Source: Candidatus Zhuqueibacterota bacterium (GTDB lineage: Bacteria > Zhuqueibacterota > Zhuqueibacteria > Oleimicrobiales > Geothermoviventaceae). Taken from it: a stretch of 64,000 bases of DNA. Both the position numbers and the translations under genes were made by a program. The stretch covers positions 10,878 to 74,877 of the forward strand of contig JAPDPT010000003.1 in NCBI GenBank assembly GCA_034506315.1, written 5' to 3'. Below the pieces are notes generated by a model, which ran no database searches, was not told the DNA's origin, and saw nothing but the letters and a program-made list of their open reading frames with translations. Below, one piece after another: positions 28,926 to 37,902 of the stretch (positions are counted from its first letter, which is position 1; the number at the start of each line of letters is the position of its first letter).

Positions 28926-30424
28926 AGGGCGCAAGGATTCTTCTAAGCGTGGTCCTGGGACTGACGGCTCGCCTGGTGCTTGCCCAGGGATACGGTGGTC
29001 CTGTGAACTTCCAAGGTCTCGAGCACGTTCAGCTTCACTCCGCGGCCGCTCGGGGCATGGCGGGGGTGTACTCGCTGCGGCAACCCGACCTGGGATCGAT
29101 GTTCAACCAACCAGCCGCCTTGGGCCCGCTCACTTCCCTGGCTGTTTCGGCGGGAGGTTTGCGGCGCGCAGAGCGGCTTGAGCAGGAGCAGAACTACGCC
29201 CCGGTCCGTTACTACCCGAACCTAAGTCTCTTGCTGGAAAGCTTGTCCTTCAAGATTCCGGATCCCAATCCAGAGGTTCCGGGCTTTACACCTGCGGACA
29301 CGGTGCAGAGGCCTTACGATCGCATCGGGCCCAACTGGTCTCGCACGGATCACGGTTACAAGCCGCTGCACTTGCTCGTCGCGTCTCCGATTCTTCGGGG
29401 TGGCTTCAAACTGGTAGCTGGGTTGGGGGCCGTGACGTACGCCGATCTGGATTACTATTACCAGAACAACAACGTCCTTTCGCCTTCCATTCTCTCGCAG
29501 CGGCCTTTCCCGACGCTGCGTCCGACGGACGACAACCCGCTGGCTGTGGACTGGTACCAGACGGTGCGCTCGCGCGAGGGCGCCGTCTATGCCTATGGCG
29601 CAAGCCTCGTGGGCTGGGTGGAAAAGCTCCACTTGTCCGTTGGCGTGAGCGCGGCCGTCTTGCGCGGCACCAGCGACGATCTGGAGCGAGATCTCGGGAG
29701 GGGAAAGCTCACCTTCTTCTCCAATGCGTTCCGGGCTGACTCGGTCTACTGGTGGGTCCAGAGGACCGGTACGTCCAAGTTCCGGGGTTACGACGTGACC
29801 GTCGGCACCGCTCTCGTGGCGAAACACGTCGGCCTTGGCGTTTCCGTCAAGCCACCCTCCGAGATCCGGCGGGAATACTCGGGGAGGATCCAGACGCCTG
29901 GCGCCGGGATTCTGCGTGGAGCTGATCTCTTCGCTGGCGAGTTGGCCGCGGGCAATAGGTCCGTGGAAAAGGAGGATCGCCTCAAGCTGCCCTGGCGAGG
30001 GGCGGTAACGATGTCCCTCGCCCCCAAGCAGTGGCTGACGCTAGGCTTCGAATACGAGTTCAGACCCTATGGGTCCGCGCGCTACGTGGACCCGCAGGGG
30101 GCTGAGAGCAGGCCATGGCTTGGGAGTTCCCCGTTCCGGGCCGGCTTCGAGTGGAGCCCACGCCCCTGGCTTAGCCTGCGCGGGGGGATGCGCAATGAGG
30201 CCGAGGTTTTTGAACCGGAGGGGAATCATCTCCCGGGAGAACCGGTGGTCTACACGGCGTACTCGGCAGGTGTAGGCTTGAGGTGGGCGAACTGGCGGCT
30301 GGACTTGGCGGTCGAAAGCTGGGAGCGCAAGTACGAGGACATTTGGTCCAGCGCGATCAGCAAGAACCGGCAGCGCGTTCTGGCAGTGCTGGGCCAGCTC
30401 TCGTACGCGATGGGGGGCTGGTGA
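28922..30424 (+). CDS. second PorV/PorQ-like outer-membrane beta-barrel paralog
   Basis: ATGA overlap with the upstream gene and a signal peptide. A degenerate signature reads HSAAARGMAGVYSLRQPDLGSMFNQPAAL; the rest has beta-strand-rich alternating hydrophobic periodicity. Confidence 0.5.
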   Translation: MKGARILLSVVLGLTARLVLAQGYGGPVNFQGLEHVQLHSAAARGMAGVYSLRQPDLGSMFNQPAALGPLTSLAVSAGGLRRAERLEQEQNYAPVRYYPNLSLLLESLSFKIPDPNPEVPGFTPADTVQRPYDRIGPNWSRTDHGYKPLHLLVASPILRGGFKLVAGLGAVTYADLDYYYQNNNVLSPSILSQRPFPTLRPTDDNPLAVDWYQTVRSREGAVYAYGASLVGWVEKLHLSVGVSAAVLRGTSDDLERDLGRGKLTFFSNAFRADSVYWWVQRTGTSKFRGYDVTVGTALVAKHVGLGVSVKPPSEIRREYSGRIQTPGAGILRGADLFAGELAAGNRSVEKEDRLKLPWRGAVTMSLAPKQWLTLGFEYEFRPYGSARYVDPQGAESRPWLGSSPFRAGFEWSPRPWLSLRGGMRNEAEVFEPEGNHLPGEPVVYTAYSAGVGLRWANWRLDLAVESWERKYEDIWSSAISKNRQRVLAVLGQLSYAMGGW

Positions 30425-30492
30425 AGCATGACGTCGGTGGTAAGAGGCGCCGTCCCGCGGCGGGTCATATAACCCCAGCGTGGAGGTGAGAT

Positions 30493-32055
30493 ATGGGCAT
30501 TCGGCGAACGGTTTGGGCGCTTGTGGCTTTGATGTCTTTTGCAGGCCTGAGGGCATGGGGTCAGTCCGTAGGGGATTACCGCACGCGTGCCACCGGGGAT
30601 TGGAGTAACCCCCAGATCTGGCAACGATACAACGGGACTACGTGGGTCGCTACCGCTAATCCGCCCTCTGGGAGCGAGACGATCACGGTCCAGAGCGCGG
30701 ATTCGGTTTACGTCAACGTCCCAGTGGTGATCACCGGTCGGCTGATCAACCAGGGACGGATCGAAGGCGCGGGGAACCTTTCGGTCGGCAACGGTGGCAT
30801 TTACCAGCACGATCGGGACGGAGGGACGATCCCGACCATCATCTGGCAGGACGGTTCCACCCTGCTGATGACGGGCACTGTTTCCCAGGCGCCCGCCAAC
30901 CGAAACCAGAGCTATTACAACATGGTATTCGACACCCCCAACCAGTCTGCGAACTTCAACATGGGCCTGGATAATGTGACGATCCGAGGAAATATTCGGG
31001 TGATCAACACGGGCTACGGCCGCTGGTATCTGACCACGGCCGCGGCGATGGACACGGCGATCGTCACCGTTCTCGGCGACGTCATTGTCGAAGGCGGGGC
31101 CTTTTCTGTCCAGGGCACCGGCAATGCCCAGACTACCTTCATCGTTCACCACTACGGCAATATCGTTGTGACCGGGGGCAACTTCTCGATCAGCCGTGGC
31201 TCTCAGCCGGGCGGTACCACGACCTGGTACCTGTACGAAGGCGACTTCTCCATGTCGAACGCCACCACCCAGAGCTCTACTCAGACGCCAGGCGGTGCAC
31301 GCTTTGTTTTCGCCAAACAGGGTGTTCAACACTTGACGCTGGGCGAGGGGAACACGATTAGCTCCCTCCCCATCGAGGTGAAGGGCGGCACTGCCCTGGA
31401 TATGGGGATGAGCCGGCTGGCGGGGAGCGGGATCTTCATTCTCAACGAGGGCGCTACGCTGATGACCGGCCTACCCGGCGGAGTTGAGGAGATCTTCCAG
31501 TCGTGCACAGGGGCGATCACGCTTGCCGACGGCTCAAGCTACGGCTTCAACGGCACAAGCCATCAGATCACGAGCTCGAAGATGCCGACCGTCGTCCGGG
31601 ACTTGATCATCAACAACCCGGCCGGAGTGACCCTCTCCCAGCAGACGACCATCCTGGGCGTCCTCCGACTGATGGCCGGTGAGTTCGACAACACCATCCC
31701 CTTCGTTCTGGGGCCCGAAGGGAGGATCTCCTTCGAAGGCGGCACACTGAAAATACCGGTCGGGGTCGAACGGCAGACTGCAGAGGTCCCGACGAGCTTC
31801 TCCGTAGCCCAGAACTACCCGAATCCCTTCAATGCCTCGACGTGCATTCGCTTGGATCTCCCATCCGCCTGCAGGGTGCGGATCAGGGTAGTGAATGTCC
31901 GTGGCGAGGAAGTGGCTACGCTCTTCGACGGACGCAAACCGGCCGGCACCCACACGGTGATTTTCGAGGCGGGCGATTTGCCCTCGGGCGTTTACGTGTA
32001 CCGTGTCGAGGCTGAGGGGCAGGTGCGCGTAGGGAAGATGATTTTGCAGAAGTAG
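30493..32055 (+). CDS. secreted protein, one copy of a novel ~410-aa module plus canonical T9SS C-terminal domain
   Basis: Signal peptide. The module starts GDYRTRATGDWSNPQIWQ and its C-terminal T9SS sorting domain reads AQNYPNPFNASTCIRLDL...VYVYRVEAEGQVRVGKMILQK. Module-level paralog of the giant gene that follows. Confidence 0.8.
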   Translation: MGIRRTVWALVALMSFAGLRAWGQSVGDYRTRATGDWSNPQIWQRYNGTTWVATANPPSGSETITVQSADSVYVNVPVVITGRLINQGRIEGAGNLSVGNGGIYQHDRDGGTIPTIIWQDGSTLLMTGTVSQAPANRNQSYYNMVFDTPNQSANFNMGLDNVTIRGNIRVINTGYGRWYLTTAAAMDTAIVTVLGDVIVEGGAFSVQGTGNAQTTFIVHHYGNIVVTGGNFSISRGSQPGGTTTWYLYEGDFSMSNATTQSSTQTPGGARFVFAKQGVQHLTLGEGNTISSLPIEVKGGTALDMGMSRLAGSGIFILNEGATLMTGLPGGVEEIFQSCTGAITLADGSSYGFNGTSHQITSSKMPTVVRDLIINNPAGVTLSQQTTILGVLRLMAGEFDNTIPFVLGPEGRISFEGGTLKIPVGVERQTAEVPTSFSVAQNYPNPFNASTCIRLDLPSACRVRIRVVNVRGEEVATLFDGRKPAGTHTVIFEAGDLPSGVYVYRVEAEGQVRVGKMILQK

Positions 32056-32113
32056 GTAGGGGGAACCGACAGGCAGCGAGTCATTAAGGGTCCAAGCCGT
32101 GGAGGTGACTGTC

Positions 32114-35100
32114 ATGAAGGCAAGAGTCCCGGCGGTATGGGCGGCGCTGTCTGTGTTCTTCGGCTTCTGCGCGCTGGGTCTGGCGCAGCAAGTCGGTGAT
32201 TACCGCTCCGTAGCGAATGGCAATTGGAGCGATCCCGCCACCTGGGAGGTGTTCGACGGAACGCAATGGGTGGCAGCCACGCTGGCCCCCACGGGTGCGG
32301 AGAGTATCACGGTAGACGGCACGGACACGGTCAAGGTCGATGTGCCAGTCGAAATCCGTGGTTATCTGCGGGTGAAAGACACGGGCGTGGTCATGGTGAC
32401 CGAGACGGGTTCTCTAACCTTTGGGAACGGAGGCACATACGAGCACGCCCGCAACGGTGGTTCGGTGCCTACGGCGACCTGGCTCGAGGGCTCGACGGCC
32501 CTTTTTACAGGGATCACCACGACCGCTCCGGCCAACCGGGGTCAGGATTACTGGAATGTAGTACTCAACACTCCTGGACTAACCGCCAATCTCGACCTGA
32601 ATCTGGCCGGGAAGACGATCTCGGGGAACGTGACGGTGGTCAATACCGGCACGGGACGCTGGCGCCTGGTTGGGGGGACCAGCGGGACGGTCACCATCAT
32701 GGGTGACCTGATTGTGCAGGCCGGCCAATTTGAGACGCAGGGAACCTCGAGCTCCACACAGGTGGACGTGCACCATTACGGAAGCGTCCGGGTCACGGGC
32801 GGTGAGTTCTCGATCAGCCGGGGCTCGCAGGGCGGCGCAACGGGCACCGGCTACACCCGCTGGTACCTCCATCAGGGCGATTTCTTCATGTCCAACGCGA
32901 CCACGAGGAACTCCAACCCGTGGCGAGCGACGTTTGTGTTCGCCAAGGTGGGAGGAGTCCAAAACCTCGTGCTGGAAAACGTGACGTTTCTCGCCGGGGG
33001 CTTGCCCGTGAAAGTCGATAGCGGTGTCACTCTGAATCTGGGCACCTCCGTGCTCGGCGGCGACGGCAGCTTCGTCCTCTCGCCGGGGGCCACCCTGCGG
33101 ACGGCCCTGCCCGGCGGTCTGGACCAGGCCCTTGCGACCACTGGGAGCAAGTCCCTGAGCAAGCAGGCCAGTTACACCTTCGATGGCGTTGAGGCTCAGG
33201 TGCCTGGGGCTTTGTTGCCGGACTCCGTGGCCACCCTGACCGTAGCCAATCCCGAGGGCGTCACCTTTACGGACACGCTGTGGGCCCATCAGCTCGAGGT
33301 GAACGCCGGCTCTCTCATGAGGATCGACAGCCTCGGGGTAGTTACTGTGGACTCCGGCGGTGTGGCCGGGGCGATCTGGTGCAAGGGCGTGCTTACGGCC
33401 TCGGACACGCTGTACTTTATGTCTGGCTCCGTCTACGACCATGCCCGGGACGCCGGGAGCCTGCCCAATGGGCGGTGGGCTGAGGGCTCTACACTGTTGC
33501 TTTCGGGAACGGTGCAGAATGCCCCGTCCAACCGCAATCAGAACTTTCACCATGTGGTGTTCAACACGCCGAATTTGACCAAAAACCTCAGCATGGGCTG
33601 GGACGGGGTGACGATCGGCGGGGACATCCGTGTGGTGAGCACAGGGCTGGGCCGCTGGTACATGAGCACGGCTGCGGTGGGCGACACGGCGGTCATCACG
33701 GTCCTTGGCGACGTCATCGTCGAGAACGGCAACTTCTCGGTCCACGGTACGGGCAACGCCCAGACGGTCTTCCTTGTGCACCACTACGGGGACGTGGTGG
33801 TGACGGGCGGCAACTTCTCCATTGCGCGCGGTTCCCAGGGCAACGGGAGTGGCAAGACGATCTGGTATTTGTACGAAGGTGACTTCTGGATGTCGAATGC
33901 GACGACGCAGAATTCGAACCCGACCCCAGGGAACGCGAAGTTTGTGTTTGTTAAGCCGGGAGTGCAGCGACTGGTTCTGGGTGCGGTGAACAACATCCAG
34001 AATCTGCCGATCGAAGTGTGCCCCGGAACAACCCTGGACGTGGGCAACAGCGTGCTTGCCGGTACCGGAATCTTCGTGGTGCGGGAAGGGGCTACGCTGG
34101 CCACCGCACACACGGGCGGAGTTGCAGGATTCCTGGGAACGGTGGCTGCAAGCGGGGTAGCGCTCAGCAAGTCGGCGAACTATGTCTTCAATGGCACCGA
34201 GCCCCAGGTGACGAGCACCAGCTTGCCGGACACGGTGAGCGATCTGGTGATCAACAACCCCGCCGGCGTGGCGCTGTCTCGGGAGACGACGATCAATGGT
34301 GTGCTGCGTCTGATGAGCGGGGAGTTCGACAATACTGTTCCGTTCACGCTTGGACCCACGGGCAGAATTTCCTTCGAGGGAGGGTCACTGAAGGTGCCCT
34401 TGGTGGCCTCGGAGTACCGCTCGGTGGCCACGGGCAACTGGAGCCAGGCGTCCACGTGGGAGGCCTTCCTGTTCGGGCGCTGGATGGCCGCACCAATGGC
34501 TCCGACAGGTAGCGAGCAAATCACGATTCGCAACGCCGATACAGTACGGGTGGACATGCCCGTGGTCGTTCGTGGCTACGTCAAGATACAGGATAGCGGC
34601 GTGCTTGTGGTGGAGGGCGGTAGCCTGACCTTTGCCGACAGCAGCTATTACGAGCACGCGCGGGACGGTGGAATCCTTCCCAGCGCGGTCTGGGAGCCGG
34701 GGTCCACCCTGTTGCTCACGGGAATCGTGGAGAACGCTCCCGCCAACCGCAATCAGAACTTTCACCACGTGGTGTTCAACACGCCGAACTTGACAAAGAA
34801 TCTGAACATGGGCTGGGACGGAGTGACGATCGGCGGGGACATCCGTGTGGTGAGCACGGGGCTGGGCCGCTGGTACATGAGCACGGCTGCCGTGGGCGAT
34901 ACAGCGGTGATCACGGTCCTTGGTGATGTCGTTGTTGAGGGTGGGCACTTTTCGGTGCATGGGACGGGCAATGCCCAGACAGTGTTTTGGGTGCACCACT
35001 ATGGCGACGTGGTGGTGACCGGTGGCAACTTCTCCATTGCGCGCGGTTCCCAGGGCAACGGGAGCGGCAAGACGATCTGGTATCTGTACGAAGGTGACTT

Positions 35101-37126
35101 CTCGATGTCGAATGCCACCACCCAGAACTCAAACCCGACTCTTGGGAACGCGAAGTTCGTGTTTGCCAAGACGGGTCTGCAGCGACTGGTTCTGGGCGCG
35201 GGCAACAACATCCAGAATCTGCCGATCGAGGTGAGTTCCGGCACCACCTTGGACGTAGGCACCAGTGTGCTGGCCGGACAGGGGATGTTTGCTCTTAATG
35301 CGGGCGCAACGCTGGCGATCGCCCATCCAGCTGGCGTAGCCGGGTTCCTCGGCGCGCTCCCGGCCAACGTCGTGTCGCTAAGTGAGGCAGCCAACTTCGT
35401 GTTCAACGGGACGGAGCACCAGGTTACGAGCACCCTGATGCCCTCGGTAGTAAATGACCTGACGATTGCCAACTTGGCGGGTGTAGAGCTGTCACAAGCG
35501 ACGACCATCAATGGGGTTCTGCACCTGGTGGCGGGTGAGTTCGACAACACTGTTCCATTCGCCCTTGGACCCAACGGACGCATTTCGTACGAGGGCGGAA
35601 CCCTCAAGGTGCCGCTTGTCGCGTCCGAATACCGGTCGGTCACAACGGGGAACTGGAGCTCCGCCTCGACCTGGGAAGGTCTTGTGGGCGACCGTTGGCT
35701 GGCGGTTCCCGCGGCGCCCGTGGGCACCGAGAAGATCACCGTGCGGGGTTCGGACACGGTCAAGGTGGACGTGCCGCTGGAGTTCCGCGGCTATCTGAAG
35801 GTGGAGGAATCCGGTGTAGTTACGGTCACCACGGGCTCGCTTGCGTTCCTGGAAGGCAGCGTCTACGAACACGCGCGGGACGCCGGGATCCTGCCCTTAG
35901 CAGAGTGGCGTCCAGGCTCGACGCTGCTGATGACGGGCACGGTGCAGGACGCGCCCGCTAACCGCAACCAGAACTTCTACCATGTAGTGTTCAATACCCC
36001 CAATCTCACACGTAATCGGGACATGGGTTGGGACGACGTGACGATCGGTGGGGATATCCGCGTGATCAGCACAGGCCAGGGTCGTTGGTACTTAACCACA
36101 GCCGCCGCCAACGATACGGCGATCGTTACGCTCATGGGCGATGTGATCGTGGAGGGCGGCGCCTTCTCGGTCCAGGGTACGAGCAACGCTTTGACCACAT
36201 TCATCGTCCATCACTACGGGAATATCCGGGTAACGGGGGGCAACTTCTCGATATCGAGGGGTTCTCAGGGTAACGGAAGCGGAACCACCACCTGGTACCT
36301 CTACCAAGGTGACTTCTCGATGTCGAATGCCACGACGCAGAACTCGAACCCGACCCCTGGGAACGCGAAGTTTGTCTTCGCGAAAGCAGGGGTGCAGAAG
36401 CTGGAGCTGGGAGAAGGCAATACGATCCTGAAGCTCCCCATCGAAGTGAGACCCGGTACGACGCTGGAAGTGGGTCAGAGCGTGCTGGCGGGCAATGACA
36501 TCTTCGTACTGTCCGAAGGAGCGACGCTGGCCCTCACTCACCCCGACGGGGTAGCTGGCTTCCTGGGCAGCGTGCCCAACGAGTTGGTTACTCTTAGCCC
36601 GGCGGCTAACTTCTGGTTCCACGGGTCGCTGCGCCAGGTGACGAGCACCCGGATGCCCAACGTAGTCAATGACCTCATTATCGACAACCCCGCGGGCGTT
36701 GTTCTTTCGCAGCCGACAACGATCAACGGTGTGCTGCGCCTGGTCGCGGGTGAGTGCGATAATACCATTCCGTTCACACTCGGCCCCAACGGGAGGATCT
36801 CCTACGAGGGTGGTACCCTGAAGGTCCCGGTAGGCGTGGCTGGCCGCGACGCTGCAGTGCCTGCCCAGTTCGCACTGCATCAGAACTATCCTAACCCCTT
36901 CAACGCCAACACGACCATTCGGTACGAGCTTCCGACCACCGCGCATGTAGTCCTCAAGATTTACGATGTGACAGGGCGGGAGATTGCGGAGCTCGTCAAC
37001 GCCAAGCAAGGCCCCGGGATCTTCACCGTGACCTGGAGTGCGGACGGGTTGCCGAGCGGCATTTACTACTGTCGGATGATGGCCGGTGAATTTGTGGCGA
37101 TGCGCAAGCTGGTCTTGATGAAGTGA
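32114..37126 (+). CDS. giant secreted repeat protein (about 1670 aa): four tandem ~410-aa modules plus T9SS C-terminal domain
   Basis: ATG with a GGAGGTG RBS and a signal peptide. There are four repeats of the module [EYRSV.TGNWS..STWE ... YEHARDGG..P...W.PGSTLL.TG.V..APANRNQNF.HVVFNTPNLT.N..MGWD.VTIGGDIRV.STG.GRWY..TAA..DTA..TV.GDV.VEGG.FSV.GT.NA.T.F.VHHYG.V.VTGGNFSI.RGSQGNGSG.T.WYLY.GDFSMSNATTQNSNPT.GNAKFVFAK]. The CTD reads HQNYPNPFNANTTIRYEL...GIYYCRMMAGEFVAMRKLVLMK. Confidence 0.85.
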   Translation: MKARVPAVWAALSVFFGFCALGLAQQVGDYRSVANGNWSDPATWEVFDGTQWVAATLAPTGAESITVDGTDTVKVDVPVEIRGYLRVKDTGVVMVTETGSLTFGNGGTYEHARNGGSVPTATWLEGSTALFTGITTTAPANRGQDYWNVVLNTPGLTANLDLNLAGKTISGNVTVVNTGTGRWRLVGGTSGTVTIMGDLIVQAGQFETQGTSSSTQVDVHHYGSVRVTGGEFSISRGSQGGATGTGYTRWYLHQGDFFMSNATTRNSNPWRATFVFAKVGGVQNLVLENVTFLAGGLPVKVDSGVTLNLGTSVLGGDGSFVLSPGATLRTALPGGLDQALATTGSKSLSKQASYTFDGVEAQVPGALLPDSVATLTVANPEGVTFTDTLWAHQLEVNAGSLMRIDSLGVVTVDSGGVAGAIWCKGVLTASDTLYFMSGSVYDHARDAGSLPNGRWAEGSTLLLSGTVQNAPSNRNQNFHHVVFNTPNLTKNLSMGWDGVTIGGDIRVVSTGLGRWYMSTAAVGDTAVITVLGDVIVENGNFSVHGTGNAQTVFLVHHYGDVVVTGGNFSIARGSQGNGSGKTIWYLYEGDFWMSNATTQNSNPTPGNAKFVFVKPGVQRLVLGAVNNIQNLPIEVCPGTTLDVGNSVLAGTGIFVVREGATLATAHTGGVAGFLGTVAASGVALSKSANYVFNGTEPQVTSTSLPDTVSDLVINNPAGVALSRETTINGVLRLMSGEFDNTVPFTLGPTGRISFEGGSLKVPLVASEYRSVATGNWSQASTWEAFLFGRWMAAPMAPTGSEQITIRNADTVRVDMPVVVRGYVKIQDSGVLVVEGGSLTFADSSYYEHARDGGILPSAVWEPGSTLLLTGIVENAPANRNQNFHHVVFNTPNLTKNLNMGWDGVTIGGDIRVVSTGLGRWYMSTAAVGDTAVITVLGDVVVEGGHFSVHGTGNAQTVFWVHHYGDVVVTGGNFSIARGSQGNGSGKTIWYLYEGDFSMSNATTQNSNPTLGNAKFVFAKTGLQRLVLGAGNNIQNLPIEVSSGTTLDVGTSVLAGQGMFALNAGATLAIAHPAGVAGFLGALPANVVSLSEAANFVFNGTEHQVTSTLMPSVVNDLTIANLAGVELSQATTINGVLHLVAGEFDNTVPFALGPNGRISYEGGTLKVPLVASEYRSVTTGNWSSASTWEGLVGDRWLAVPAAPVGTEKITVRGSDTVKVDVPLEFRGYLKVEESGVVTVTTGSLAFLEGSVYEHARDAGILPLAEWRPGSTLLMTGTVQDAPANRNQNFYHVVFNTPNLTRNRDMGWDDVTIGGDIRVISTGQGRWYLTTAAANDTAIVTLMGDVIVEGGAFSVQGTSNALTTFIVHHYGNIRVTGGNFSISRGSQGNGSGTTTWYLYQGDFSMSNATTQNSNPTPGNAKFVFAKAGVQKLELGEGNTILKLPIEVRPGTTLEVGQSVLAGNDIFVLSEGATLALTHPDGVAGFLGSVPNELVTLSPAANFWFHGSLRQVTSTRMPNVVNDLIIDNPAGVVLSQPTTINGVLRLVAGECDNTIPFTLGPNGRISYEGGTLKVPVGVAGRDAAVPAQFALHQNYPNPFNANTTIRYELPTTAHVVLKIYDVTGREIAELVNAKQGPGIFTVTWSADGLPSGIYYCRMMAGEFVAMRKLVLMK
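32180..36860 (+). repeat. intragenic tandem DNA repeats, period about 1.21 kb
   Basis: One diverged copy plus three highly similar copies. For example 33523-33720 vs 34742-34940, and 33781-34080 vs 34988-35290, are about 90% identical at nucleotide level. Anchor codons (YEHARD) sit at about 32440, 33437, 34650 and 35864. Confidence 0.8.
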
Positions 37127-37149
37127 GCGAGCCGATTCCCTCCCTACAG

Positions 37150-37173
37150 GGGTAGGGCAGGGAGGGGTAGGGA
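37150..37173 (+). other. G-quadruplex-type motif GGGGTAGGGCAGGGAGGGGTAGGG
   Basis: Five G-tracts of at least 3 with 1-2-nt loops lie between the giant gene stop (37126) and its terminator. Confidence 0.3.
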
Positions 37174-37183
37174 CACGAGGCAA

Positions 37184-37218
37184 GAAGCCCGGCCTTTCAG
37201 GCCGGGCTTTTCATTTCT
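37184..37218 (+). terminator. rho-independent terminator of the repeat-protein operon
   Basis: A 10-bp GC stem AAGCCCGGCC / GGCCGGGCTT with loop TTTCA, followed by TTTCATTTCTT. Confidence 0.65.
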
Positions 37219-37506
37219 TGGCTTGGGCCAGCGTGATAGGCGGTGGGGCTTAGCCTCCGAAGCTGACTGGACAGGGGTGTCACACAGCGCGGTTCGCCAC
37301 GGGAGAGTTTTTCCGAAATTCACGCTCTCTGAGCTGCTCTGGGTGGAAAAGGTGCCACCGCAGGTCCGGTGCGGCGTGGCGAGGGGTGTACCGGGGGTTC
37401 AGGAGGTCGCCATTCGTGGAGTTATTTTGCCGCTGAAATGATTGTCGTTGCCTGGAATCCCCTCTCGGGCAATTTAATACCCGTGGGAAAGGCAACGGGG
37501 TTCTCG

Positions 37507-37902
37507 GTGCAGAAGCGCAGTTACAGGGCGGTGATCGTAGACGACGAGTGGCTCATTCGTTCCGAACTGCGGATGCTTCTGGGAAATTTCCCGGAGATCT
37601 CCGTTGTGGGCGAGGCGGCCACCGTGTACGAAGCGGCAGAAGTCATCCGCCGGACGCGTCCTGATGTCGTCTTTCTCGATATCCAGATGCCTGGTGAGTC
37701 AGGGCTCCGTCTGCTCGACATGGTGGAACGCGATTTTGAGGTGGTTTTTGTTACTGCTTATCCGCAGTACCGGGAAGAGGCCATGAAGTTTCGCCCGAAG
37801 GCCTATCTCCTCAAGCCGATCCGGGTTGGAGATCTGTCACAGGTGATCGCACAACTGGCAAAAGGCAAGGAGAGCCATGAGGATCCAGGGAGTCAAAGGT
37901 AG
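37507..37902 (+). CDS. stand-alone receiver domain protein (LytTR-type receiver lacking the LytTR output domain)
   Basis: The receiver sequence (RAVIVDDEWLIRSELRMLLGNFPEISVVGEAATVYEAAEVIRRTRPDVVFLDIQMPGESGL...) aligns nearly residue-for-residue with the receiver of the LytTR RR at 18400. Start chosen at an in-frame GTG by analogy (longest ORF begins 37369). The 3' end overlaps the next gene by 26 nt. Confidence 0.55.
   Translation: MQKRSYRAVIVDDEWLIRSELRMLLGNFPEISVVGEAATVYEAAEVIRRTRPDVVFLDIQMPGESGLRLLDMVERDFEVVFVTAYPQYREEAMKFRPKAYLLKPIRVGDLSQVIAQLAKGKESHEDPGSQR

Noticed and set aside
37410-37433. Sigma-54 promoter reading of TGGAGTTATTTTGCC
   Set aside because: The GG to GC spacing is 11 rather than the obligatory 12. 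It is treated instead as a recurring AT-rich motif.
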